This document shows positions 9,842 to 19,083 of a stretch of DNA of 64,000 nucleotides, piece by piece. This DNA is from Prevotella sp. GTDB taxonomy: Bacteria; Bacteroidota; Bacteroidia; Bacteroidales; Bacteroidaceae. Below the pieces are notes generated by a model. The model made no database searches. It worked only from the letters and a program-made list of their open reading frames with translations, and was not told the DNA's origin. Both the position numbers and the translations under genes were made by a program. Each line of letters starts with the position of its first letter. Position 1 is the first letter of the stretch. The stretch is from positions 19,697 to 83,696 of the forward strand of contig JBGVBD010000099.1 in the NCBI GenBank assembly GCA_045225255.1, given 5' to 3'.

Positions 9842-11299
9842 TTAGAACTGGAAATAAATGAATTGGTTACTGTCGAAAATACCAAAGAGAAGAAGGGCGA
9901 CGATTTCTATGGCAACAGTTAACTCCCAACGCCATGCTTCAGCCCATTGAGGCAAATACAACTTCTTTTTCGGGAACCACTCTTCCTGAATGTCCACATA
10001 AATAAGGGCAATAGAGCAAAGGGCTGCATTGACAAGTGTCGACATGTCGAAGAATAAGCCGCCATTCCATGCCTCAGGGATACGACAGAGAATATTCCAA
10101 AATTCGCCGATGTTGACAGAGTGGAAAAGCATCAGACCGAAAGTCACAACCAGATAGTTGCCTACCATCTTTAGGACAAAAGGAGCGGTTGGCCATCCGT
10201 GATTGTTTATTTTAATCTTGGTCTTCTTGAAGAACTGTCCACTAACCATTAACGGGATATACCATAATCCGTGATAGATACCGAATAGGAAAAAAGTCCA
10301 GTCTGCACCGTGCCACATACCGATAAAGGTCATGTTTAACATGATGGCGGCAATAGTACCATTGGTACCCCAGTCACGTAATTTGATATTCAAGGGCATA
10401 AACACATAGTCGGTCAACCAACTTGTTAGTGTCATGTGCCATCGGCTCCAGTAGTTGGCGATATTGATGGTGAAGAATGGACGTTTGAAGTTCTCTGCCA
10501 CCTTGAAGCCCAACATCAGCGACACTCCAATCGCCATCTCACTGTAACCGCTGAAATCGGCATACATCTGGAAAGGGTAGAGCAGGGAAGCAAAGAGTAT
10601 GGATACTGCTGAGTGGTGTTCGAAATTGTTCCAGACAGCACTGACATACAAATCCAGACGATCGGCAATACACATTTTCATAAACATACCCCACAGAATC
10701 CTGCGGAAACCTATCATCAGGTTGTCAGGATTGAACAAGCGACTTTGGTACAGTTGTTTCAAAAAAGGCTTCGGACGGTCGATAGGACCTGAGAGAATGG
10801 TTGGGAAGAAAGCGATGAAATTGGCAAAATTGAAGATATCACGCTCTGGGTCGATTTTTCCGTGATAGATATCAAGTGGATAACTCATCAACTTGAAAGT
10901 GAAGAAACTCAGTCCGATAGGTACGATGATATGAACTGTTGTCCAAGACAGATGGATACCGATTAAATCGGCGGCAGCCACAAAAGATCCAATAAAGAAA
11001 TTAAGGTATTTGAAATAAAACAAGGCTCCGATGCCTATGACAACACTAAGCGTTGTCAATAAAGAGGCACGACGTTCTTGTTCTTGTTTGATGGCTTTCC
11101 CGATGCCATATCCAATCAGCCAGAAAACAAGTGTAAGCAGGGCAAGGAGTCCTGTCATCATCAAATCTACCTGAGCATAGAACCAATAGGAACATACTAA
11201 CAGAAACAAATTTTGCAGGACTTTCTTGGAGGATAGAAGGTAGTAGACTACCAGCACAACCAGAAAGAACCACAAGAATGACAGGGAATTAACGACCAT
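9842..11299 (-). CDS. MBOAT family O-acyltransferase (AlgI/DltB-like)
   Basis: PIGLSFFTF, FFPTILSGPI, YADFSGYS, ENF, WSRWHMTL, GMWHGA, C-terminal FIYFQF. Confidence 0.94.
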   Translation of the reverse strand: MVVNSLSFLWFFLVVLVVYYLLSSKKVLQNLFLLVCSYWFYAQVDLMMTGLLALLTLVFWLIGYGIGKAIKQEQERRASLLTTLSVVIGIGALFYFKYLNFFIGSFVAAADLIGIHLSWTTVHIIVPIGLSFFTFKLMSYPLDIYHGKIDPERDIFNFANFIAFFPTILSGPIDRPKPFLKQLYQSRLFNPDNLMIGFRRILWGMFMKMCIADRLDLYVSAVWNNFEHHSAVSILFASLLYPFQMYADFSGYSEMAIGVSLMLGFKVAENFKRPFFTINIANYWSRWHMTLTSWLTDYVFMPLNIKLRDWGTNGTIAAIMLNMTFIGMWHGADWTFFLFGIYHGLWYIPLMVSGQFFKKTKIKINNHGWPTAPFVLKMVGNYLVVTFGLMLFHSVNIGEFWNILCRIPEAWNGGLFFDMSTLVNAALCSIALIYVDIQEEWFPKKKLYLPQWAEAWRWELTVAIEIVALLLFGIFDSNQFIYFQF

Positions 11300-11317
11300 G
11301 GATATAATGAATCCCTT

Positions 11318-11554
11318 TTACTTCTTACTGATACAATCAACAAGGTCACCCACATTATCCCATGATAGAATCTCACGGGAAGTGAACTTGATACCGAAAG
11401 CCTTTTCCAAGGCTACCACTAACTGTACATGACTGAGAGAGTCCCATTCTTCCACATCATCTGCTGTTGTCTCATCAGTCAAAACCAGATCATCAAGTTC
11501 TAACTCTTCACGGAATACTTCTTGTACTTTTTCTAAAATGTCGTTTCTTTCCAT
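11318..11554 (-). CDS. Acyl carrier protein
   Basis: 78 aa acidic protein with WDSLSHV phosphopantetheinylation motif; -7 promoter on - strand at 11584-11591. Confidence 0.93.
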   Translation of the reverse strand: MERNDILEKVQEVFREELELDDLVLTDETTADDVEEWDSLSHVQLVVALEKAFGIKFTSREILSWDNVGDLVDCISKK

Positions 11555-11619
11555 CTTTAGTCTTGAGTTTTAGAATATGTCTACAAAGGTACGATTAAGT
11601 GAGCAAAAAACCAAGAGAT

Positions 11620-12381
11620 TTATTCAAAATTTTTAATTGTAAAATTAAAATCGAACCCTATCTCCTTCGCTATTTCCAGAACCTGTTGCGTCTTTTCCTT
11701 CGAAAAACAGTTGGGGATAGACGAATGGGTACTGAAGATGACAAAGGCTTTCCGTTCGTATGCTTTTTGCAATATTTGTTTGATGGCTGTTGTGTCTGTT
11801 TGAGGTGTTATGGGGATACGTCCTAATTGGAATACGTGACGGTCTGGGTTGACTAAAGAAGCACCAGAAATCATCTGACATCCTTGTCGTTGGATAACTT
11901 TCCGGATAGTCCTTGTGTTGCATCCGTGAGGTGGCGCTATCATTTTTAGAATTTGTGTGGTATCGAATCCTTGTTCTTCCAATCGTTGATAACTATTTTT
12001 AATATCTTGTTCGATACTTGCTTCATCCCAATCCCACCATTTCTCATGTCTGAAACCATGTAGTACAATACCTGTACCTTGCCGTTGCCAAGAAGCGAGT
12101 GAGTCGGCAACCTGTGGTGTCATTTTGTCAGCGATAACTGCAAAACATGGTTGAATTCCCACTACGTCAGCAATCTTCTTGACGAGGAAGACTCCCTCTG
12201 TGCTGTCATCGTCAATCCACATGGCATGTGCATGGTCATCGGAGGAACTACCATACCATGCGTCTAATAATGCCACATAGATAGTCTGTTTGCTCCATGC
12301 TGTACCGATGATAGGAGCACGCCACCAAATCGTTACAACAATGATGGTGATAATCACCAAAAGAACACACACTTTTTTCAC
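11620..12381 (-). CDS. Polysaccharide deacetylase-like protein
   Basis: N-terminal TM, WIDDD, LHGFRH, PPHG motifs resembling the NodB/CE4 fold; GTG start overlapping the upstream stop. Confidence 0.65.
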   Translation of the reverse strand: MKKVCVLLVIITIIVVTIWWRAPIIGTAWSKQTIYVALLDAWYGSSSDDHAHAMWIDDDSTEGVFLVKKIADVVGIQPCFAVIADKMTPQVADSLASWQRQGTGIVLHGFRHEKWWDWDEASIEQDIKNSYQRLEEQGFDTTQILKMIAPPHGCNTRTIRKVIQRQGCQMISGASLVNPDRHVFQLGRIPITPQTDTTAIKQILQKAYERKAFVIFSTHSSIPNCFSKEKTQQVLEIAKEIGFDFNFTIKNFE

Positions 12382-14120
12382 TCTTTACCCTTCCCCCAAT
12401 AGTCACTATAGATAATCCAGTCTGACAACTCCTGTACTTTGTCGGTTACGGAGTTATGGTAGTCCTTATTAAGAAGGGTGTGTCCCAATCCATGCCATGA
12501 GTCTTTGATTCCCATGATATCGAGGATGGTGGTATATATATCCAACTGGTTGCAGGCGCCATCCCATGCTTTTTCTTGATTGATACCACCATTGATAATA
12601 TAAATAGGAATTTCTCGGGTAATCTTTCCCTCCATATCAAGGTAGGCAGGATGTGCATCATGGTCGGAAGCAATAATGATCAGACTATTGTCATAGTATC
12701 CGTTTTTCTTTAAATCATCGATGTATTTCCCAATCTGGATGTCCGTATAGTGACAGTTGACAAGGTAGTTTTTGTATTTCTCAGGCAGGTTTTTGTCCGT
12801 GAGATGGAAACCATGTTCTATTTGGGAGGTATATGGCATGTGCATGTCCATGGTCAGGATCAGGGAACAGAAAGGCTGATGAATCGACTTGTCTAAATGG
12901 GTCGCATAGCGGAATACCATATCATCACTGAGGAAAGTTCCCTTATTGTCATGGAAAACTTGGTGATATTCTATGGAAGAGTATAGATAGTCGAAGCCAT
13001 AGCCCTCCGTCATTGCCTGTTGGTCCCATAGGTTGGGGTTGGTAGGGATAAGGGTATAGGACTGTAGATCTGGATGTATTTTCTTGAGTTGTGTAGGTAG
13101 CCCGAAGAGGGTAATGTCCCTTGCCTTGCTGACAGTAATCTCGGAGTGCAGAGGTAGCAGTCCTGCCATATAGATAAGTTGTCCGTCAGAAGACTCTCCG
13201 ATAGATACGTTAGGCTGTACGTGCCCGTTATAGTAGGTGGCACTGTCGTGTTTTAACCGGTTGAGGTTAGGCGTGATTTCCTGTCCGTCAACTACAAGGT
13301 CGGAAGTGCAGGCGAGATAGGATTCTACCAGAATGAAGATAACATTCTTGATGTTGTTTGGAGCAGTCCTGTTAGTCACCCGTTGGCTGTGGTCGGTGTA
13401 TTCCTTCTCTATCTCCGTTTTCTGTTCCTTGGTGAGTTTAAGTTTCCCGCCGCGAGTCAGCGGCTCTATTGCCATTTTACGGAAAAACCCTTTATGGAAT
13501 ACCGTCCAATTGGGCCACATGGAATCCATCTTTGGTCCCGTAAATATGGTTTTCCTTAGTTCTTCTACAAAACCAGTGGATGGATGGAAGAAATACATGG
13601 AGTGAGCAGCAAGTCCCAGACAGAGGGTGATACCCCATAAGTAAAGAGTAGTACGTAGACTCTTTGTCGTGAGACTCTGTTTCTTGTAACGGTAGAACAG
13701 CCAACAGAAGAGACATGCCATTATTGGATAATAGAGGTCTATGAGCCTGAATCCCTCCCACATACTGTCAATGACGATGCCTTCCGTCAGGTTTCCTGCC
13801 TGTCCGATAGACGACCATGACAGGTACTGCAAGAAGAAACGAGAATAGAACACATTGCAAAATGACCATATCAAGGTAATGGCGAAAGTGATGGCAAGAC
13901 TGAGACGTAGTCGTCTAAAAGTAATTAGCCATAAGACTGCTAAAAGCACTGTTACATCCAACAGACAGGCAAGTAGGTTGTCTATGGGTGAGGTGGTAAA
14001 ATAAGGAATTTCCAAATCAATAGTCCATAAGAATTGGAAGTGCATGAACATCAGGTTGATGATGGACATGAGATAAAGGATAAGGAAATAAACGTTAATG
14101 TTTTTCTTGATGTTTACCAT
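12378..14120 (-). CDS. LTA synthase family / sulfatase-like membrane protein
   Basis: N-terminal TM helices, NVIFILVES, GESSDGQ, MHMPY, YTD, ASDH, NQLDIYTT. Confidence 0.85.
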   Translation of the reverse strand: MVNIKKNINVYFLILYLMSIINLMFMHFQFLWTIDLEIPYFTTSPIDNLLACLLDVTVLLAVLWLITFRRLRLSLAITFAITLIWSFCNVFYSRFFLQYLSWSSIGQAGNLTEGIVIDSMWEGFRLIDLYYPIMACLFCWLFYRYKKQSLTTKSLRTTLYLWGITLCLGLAAHSMYFFHPSTGFVEELRKTIFTGPKMDSMWPNWTVFHKGFFRKMAIEPLTRGGKLKLTKEQKTEIEKEYTDHSQRVTNRTAPNNIKNVIFILVESYLACTSDLVVDGQEITPNLNRLKHDSATYYNGHVQPNVSIGESSDGQLIYMAGLLPLHSEITVSKARDITLFGLPTQLKKIHPDLQSYTLIPTNPNLWDQQAMTEGYGFDYLYSSIEYHQVFHDNKGTFLSDDMVFRYATHLDKSIHQPFCSLILTMDMHMPYTSQIEHGFHLTDKNLPEKYKNYLVNCHYTDIQIGKYIDDLKKNGYYDNSLIIIASDHDAHPAYLDMEGKITREIPIYIINGGINQEKAWDGACNQLDIYTTILDIMGIKDSWHGLGHTLLNKDYHNSVTDKVQELSDWIIYSDYWGKGKE

Positions 14121-14132
14121 ATTTGTATGATA

Positions 14133-15341
14133 TTAGGGATGTATAAGTTGGTCAAATTGATAGCACCAGTTGTTATTCGAGTCACGAAGATTACCACGAG
14201 GCCCATGCAGATTTCCGCTTTTAAAAGGCTCCCCATTAACAGCATAGCGTATTTTGCTATTCTGTGGTGACTCTGAGCAAGTTATGATAATACTATCACC
14301 TTTTAAAGAAACGGTATTAGCGATATTCCGATTGTCTTTGGTGATGACACTAAATCCGTAGTTGTTGGCTTTCCTTACCAGTATGGTGTCTATCACCAAG
14401 GGGGGGGTGGGGACATTAAAATGGATAACGACATCATGGTTGTCAACGGAAGTTTCAAGAGGTATCAGACCACGATTCCTTTTGCTTCCTCTAATAATAC
14501 CTAATGCCGAACGTGCCGCCAACTCTCCGATATGTTGTTGCCCTTTTGTGTCAATATGAATATGCTCTCCTACAAAAGAACAAGGGTAGGTGGGACCGCT
14601 TGCCCAGAATCCATCGTTGTTACGAAGTTGATTGACAAAACTCTGAGGGACGGCAGTCTCTGTGCAGTTAAAGTTCTCGGCATGAAATTTCTTTCCTCTG
14701 GTGAGCGAGTTGGTCTGGTAACAGATAAAGCGTATAGTATCCTTACATTGAGTAATACTTCTGATGTCGGCATTCATGTCCTTCCAGATTTGTAAAAGGA
14801 GTTGCTGATAATCCGTGTCAGGATATTCTTCAATGTCGGACTCTCCCTGCATCCAGCAAATAGCGGGAATCAGAAAGTCCCACCCATTTTCCTTAGCCTG
14901 TAGATAAGCAGTCTCGATATTCTCCATGAATTCTTGATAGGGTACAGAACCTTTCCCCAAATCCTTAAGTAATGTCTCTCCTTGTCCACCGGGGAAAGTG
15001 CATATTAAGGTATCCTCGCCCAACTGGTCTGCAAGACGTTGTGCCATCGTATAGACGGACAACTCAAAACTGCGTTTCTGGTATTTCGCCATCTTCTTGG
15101 CAAACCGTTTAAAGTCATTGTTGTCAAAATATCCATATTCATGGTCAAGGTTTTCAGTCACGATACGTCCATTGGCATAGGTGGCCAAAGAATCGAAATC
15201 GGTGATAAGTTCCGCTTGTTCCCCTAAGGCAAGACTTTGTCCATAGACGGGAATACAGAGAACGGCATAATGTCCCTCTGGTTTCTGACTGCATGCTGTA
15301 AACAGTAGAATTGTCAAGATGAAGAGTATTCCTTTTTTCAT
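14133..15341 (-). CDS. Lipoprotein, sialate O-acetylesterase (SASA)-like SGNH esterase
   Basis: Lipobox LFTAC after MKKGIL, YGQS, WMQGESD, EHIH. Confidence 0.7.
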   Translation of the reverse strand: MKKGILFILTILLFTACSQKPEGHYAVLCIPVYGQSLALGEQAELITDFDSLATYANGRIVTENLDHEYGYFDNNDFKRFAKKMAKYQKRSFELSVYTMAQRLADQLGEDTLICTFPGGQGETLLKDLGKGSVPYQEFMENIETAYLQAKENGWDFLIPAICWMQGESDIEEYPDTDYQQLLLQIWKDMNADIRSITQCKDTIRFICYQTNSLTRGKKFHAENFNCTETAVPQSFVNQLRNNDGFWASGPTYPCSFVGEHIHIDTKGQQHIGELAARSALGIIRGSKRNRGLIPLETSVDNHDVVIHFNVPTPPLVIDTILVRKANNYGFSVITKDNRNIANTVSLKGDSIIITCSESPQNSKIRYAVNGEPFKSGNLHGPRGNLRDSNNNWCYQFDQLIHP

Positions 15342-15346
15342 GAGTT

Positions 15347-16225
15347 CTATAAATAAATGATGGCAAAGAAGGAAAGTATCCATCCCACAATACATATCTG
15401 AATAAAACGGTCTTTGACCAATACTTTGGTAGGACTACCGCTGCGTTGGTACACCAGCATGTTCTGTAGATATCGTAGCAGTCCTGCCAGTACCCAGAAG
15501 TTAGTAAGGTAGATGTAGGGTGAACCGAATCGCTCAATGACATTCTCGTTCATGGTATAGATGATATAACATACCATCGTGATAGTGCCGACAATGGTCA
15601 CACTTAAATCAATAAACTGGGCATTATATCCGGCAATGCTCTTACGGGGCATCGTACCAGTCAATTCATAGATGCGGTAGTCGTCCTTCCGCTTGGCAAA
15701 GGCAAGGAAGAGGGCAAGCAGGAAGGTCATCAAGGCAAGCCAACCTGACACGAAGATATCGGTGGTAAAACCGCCTATCAATACACGTATCACAAAACCA
15801 ACGGCAATGATGGCAACGTCAAGGATAGCATATTGTTTCAGTCGGACGCAATAGGCAATATTCATTGCCCAATAACCCAACAAGAGCGCATAGAGAATGG
15901 ACATGTTGACACTGTGGGAGAGCGTAACGAGAAGGAGAGAACCCATCAAGCACAAGAGCATGATGAAGTAGCCTTCCCAGGCACTGACCTTTCCTGCGGC
16001 GATGGGGCGGAGTTTCTTCTTAGGGTGTAGTCGATCGCTTTCTACATCGTGGATGTCATTGAAGCAATAGATGCTACTGGATACTAAACAGAAGGCGAGG
16101 AATGTCCATAATGTTTGCATAAAGTATTCCTTGTTCAGCAAGTTGTTGCTGAAAAACAATGGGGCGAACACAAAGGCATTCTTGAACCATTGCAAAGGGC
16201 GTAAAAGCATCAATGCATCCTTCAT
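15347..16225 (-). CDS. UbiA prenyltransferase family (decaprenyl-phosphate phosphoribosyltransferase-like)
   Basis: LRPLQWFKN, YCFNDIHDVESDRLHPKKKLRPIAAG, AFAKRK, GSPT. Confidence 0.88.
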   Translation of the reverse strand: MKDALMLLRPLQWFKNAFVFAPLFFSNNLLNKEYFMQTLWTFLAFCLVSSSIYCFNDIHDVESDRLHPKKKLRPIAAGKVSAWEGYFIMLLCLMGSLLLVTLSHSVNMSILYALLLGYWAMNIAYCVRLKQYAILDVAIIAVGFVIRVLIGGFTTDIFVSGWLALMTFLLALFLAFAKRKDDYRIYELTGTMPRKSIAGYNAQFIDLSVTIVGTITMVCYIIYTMNENVIERFGSPYIYLTNFWVLAGLLRYLQNMLVYQRSGSPTKVLVKDRFIQICIVGWILSFFAIIYL

Positions 16226-16230
16226 TCTTT

Positions 16231-16291
16231 GCAAAGGTACAAAAAACTCTGCACTCTACACTCTAAACTCTAAACTTTTTCGTACCTTTGC
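16231..16291. promoter_or_regulatory. 61-bp bidirectional promoter cassette with internal heptamer array
   Basis: TACCTTTG on - strand (16232-16239) and + strand (16283-16290), flanking ACTCTGC-ACTCTAC-ACTCTAA-ACTCTAA (16246-16273). Confidence 0.8.
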
Positions 16292-16313
16292 CACTAAAAA
16301 GATAGAAAAACGA

Positions 16314-18182
16314 ATGTTTGACTTCATACACAGATACGAATGGAAGATAGAATTCAGCAAAGAGGGGCAAGACCACTCGTTGGATTTTGTAAAGGGTATT
16401 TGTATCTTGTTGGTTGTGATGAACCATTCTATTGATAATGCCACCTGTCAAGCTACTTTATTTTGGCTTTGGGGGTTTCCTGCCGTACCTTTGTTCCTGT
16501 TGATACAAGTTTACCATTCTTATAAAAAAGGCTTTAATGGTATTCCTCTACGTTTGGGGAAGATATGGAAAAGGGTGGTGTTTCCTTTCCTCTTAATGGA
16601 GATTCTTCTTTTCACATATGGGATAGTTTTATATCCTGTCAAGTCATTACATTCTCTATTGATGGCCTCTGTTTATTGGGGTGGTGGAGGACCTGGATCT
16701 TATTATCCATGGGTTTATATTCAATTCGCCATCCTTCTTCCCTTGCTCCGTCCGTTGTTCCGGCATTTAGGGGAGAAGACACTACTGCTATTGTTTTTAG
16801 GATTGTCCATGGGTAGTGAGTTGGCTTGCCATTATACTAATATGCCAGACTGGATCTATCGTCTCCTTTTTCTCCGTTATATTTTCCTTATCTATTTAGG
16901 CTATCGGATGGTTGTAAAAGGAATTGTCCTAAACATAGTAACCATTTCTCTATCCATCATCAGTATCATAGCTGTCTATTATTTTGAAATCAAGGAGGTT
17001 GACCTGTCACCTTTATTTTATAATTCCAAGTTTTGGCCTACCTGTCATTGGATATGCTATTTTTATATTGCCTATCCGATGCTATATTTATTATGTAAGC
17101 TATTCTATTGGCTACCAGCCAATGGTAAGATAGAAAATCTCTTTTGCAGGATAGGAAATCATTCATACGCCATTTATATATTCCAACTATTCTATTTTGT
17201 AGTGGTGGCTCCTACAATAAGGGGTTTTCTATTGTCATTACAGCAACCCACCTTAGCTTTAGTTTTATATTTACTGATCTCCATATTCGTTTGTGTCTTT
17301 CCAGTCCTCCGTTTTGTCAGAGGTCTAAGCGATAGTGCCATTCTTCGTAAGGTGGTAGTTGGAATACTTTTGATATCATCTCTTATCATGTTGGTGGGAT
17401 GGAAATGGCGTCCATTTTATATGCCTCCGACTTCCATTAAGCCATTTCCCGTGACACAACATGATGATGATACCCTGCGTGTGATTATGATTGGCGACAG
17501 TTGGGTGTATTTTCATGAGACGTTGCGTCGCGATTCTACTTTCGAGGCAGAGTTGAAACGGGTACTGAAAACCCAGAAGGTGAAAGTAGTCGCAAAGGGG
17601 AAAGGAGGAACTGCCAGTGGTGAGATTTATCAGCGAATGAGCACCGAACGAGCGATGGCGATGGATCACGATCTGAACTATTGTGCACAGTCAGTGATAG
17701 AGGCAGGTGCCGATTATTGTGTTATCTCCGCAGGAATTAATGATGTCCGTCAGAGGCGTGGTAAGTTCTATTATGTGAACAATTATTTGAGGATTGTCCG
17801 TCTATTATTATCTTATGGTATTCGTCCTGTCATCATGGAGATTCCTAATGTAGAGGTCGATGAGGCTTTGATAGGTAATTCGTTCTATTTTCGTTTGAAG
17901 TCAAGAATCTGTATGAGTCTTTTGAATACAGAACTATATGGAGCAGGGGATTATCGGAATACTTTAAAAGACTCTCTGCTAAGTACACATCTAATGGATA
18001 GTGTCGTATATGTGTCCGCCTCTTCGTGGAATCCTGATGGATGGAGGGATAAGCGTGATCTTTATACTGATGACCATCTCCATCTGAATTTGTTGGGCTA
18101 TGCCGTCCTTGATTCTGCTTTTGCAGCAGAGATCGTCAAGGATTATTCACAAAAAGGAAAACGAGTAGATTTGAAAGAATAA
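16314..18182 (+). CDS. Acyltransferase-3 / SGNH fusion (OafA/OatA-like architecture)
   Basis: LDFVKGICILLVVMNH and TM block, then MIGDSW, SAGIND, DHLHL; ATG 16314 follows the promoter. Confidence 0.82.
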   Translation: MFDFIHRYEWKIEFSKEGQDHSLDFVKGICILLVVMNHSIDNATCQATLFWLWGFPAVPLFLLIQVYHSYKKGFNGIPLRLGKIWKRVVFPFLLMEILLFTYGIVLYPVKSLHSLLMASVYWGGGGPGSYYPWVYIQFAILLPLLRPLFRHLGEKTLLLLFLGLSMGSELACHYTNMPDWIYRLLFLRYIFLIYLGYRMVVKGIVLNIVTISLSIISIIAVYYFEIKEVDLSPLFYNSKFWPTCHWICYFYIAYPMLYLLCKLFYWLPANGKIENLFCRIGNHSYAIYIFQLFYFVVVAPTIRGFLLSLQQPTLALVLYLLISIFVCVFPVLRFVRGLSDSAILRKVVVGILLISSLIMLVGWKWRPFYMPPTSIKPFPVTQHDDDTLRVIMIGDSWVYFHETLRRDSTFEAELKRVLKTQKVKVVAKGKGGTASGEIYQRMSTERAMAMDHDLNYCAQSVIEAGADYCVISAGINDVRQRRGKFYYVNNYLRIVRLLLSYGIRPVIMEIPNVEVDEALIGNSFYFRLKSRICMSLLNTELYGAGDYRNTLKDSLLSTHLMDSVVYVSASSWNPDGWRDKRDLYTDDHLHLNLLGYAVLDSAFAAEIVKDYSQKGKRVDLKE

Positions 18183-18202
18183 CAGAGGAAGATGATGGCT
18201 AT

Positions 18203-19021
18203 ATGAAGAAAGTGTTATCCTATATACTAATAATTGTACTCCTTGTATTACTTGTGGCTGATACTTTTGAAGAGGAACCTGTTATTCGTGTTCAGTTACC
18301 TCATGGTGCAGTCTTACATGTATTGCCCGCATCTAAGAAAAAACAGGCTCATGGTGCCGTCATATTATGTCCAGGTGGAGGTTATGGCTATTTGGAGAGA
18401 TGGTATGAAGGCCGTCAGTGGTTCCCGTTTTTTCATAGCCAGGGGTTCGCTGTATCCATGTTGGAATACAGATTACCTAATCACAATCATCAAAATCCTG
18501 TTATTGATGGAGTTGAAGCGATTCGGTTGATGAGAAAGCATGCGAAAGAATGGGGTTTTGATTCAAACAATGTAGGTGTAGTGGGCTTCTCTGCTGGAGG
18601 GCATCTCGCGTCTACTTTAATGGTAAATGACAAGTTATCTAGTCGTCCAGACTTTGGTATTCTTTTCTATCCCGTCATCTCGATGAAAAAAGAACTGACT
18701 CATAAGGGCTCTCATGATAATCTATTGGGAGGAAATGCTTCAGAACAATTAGAGAATCGCTATAGTAATGAGCTTCATGTTTCAGATCATACCCCTCCTG
18801 CTTATATTGTCGTGTGTAGCAATGACCAAATTGTTAATCCCCAGAACGCGATGCTTTTTTATGAAGAAATGCGTGCCAAAAAATGTCCGGTCACACTTCG
18901 GGTTTATCCTTCTGGAGGACATGGTTGGGGATTTCGACCTACTTTTGCATATCATGAGCAGATGCTTGAAGAATTGACAAAATGGTTAAACAATCGGAAA
19001 TACTTACACTACCTACACTAA
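18203..19021 (+). CDS. Alpha/beta hydrolase (carbohydrate esterase-like)
   Basis: CPGGGY, GFSAGG nucleophile elbow, RPDFGILFYPVI, GGHGWG; N-terminal signal/anchor. Confidence 0.88.
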   Translation: MKKVLSYILIIVLLVLLVADTFEEEPVIRVQLPHGAVLHVLPASKKKQAHGAVILCPGGGYGYLERWYEGRQWFPFFHSQGFAVSMLEYRLPNHNHQNPVIDGVEAIRLMRKHAKEWGFDSNNVGVVGFSAGGHLASTLMVNDKLSSRPDFGILFYPVISMKKELTHKGSHDNLLGGNASEQLENRYSNELHVSDHTPPAYIVVCSNDQIVNPQNAMLFYEEMRAKKCPVTLRVYPSGGHGWGFRPTFAYHEQMLEELTKWLNNRKYLHYLH

Positions 19022-19083
19022 ACGCATATCTATTTGATATACAGTGTGAAAGATAAGTGTATGTAGACATGTTGATGATGTAA

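Noticed and set aside
16071-16313. N-terminal extension of the AT3-SGNH ORF given in the ORF track
   Set aside because: It overlaps the ubiA-like gene on the opposite strand and runs through the promoter cassette; ATG 16314 is preferred.
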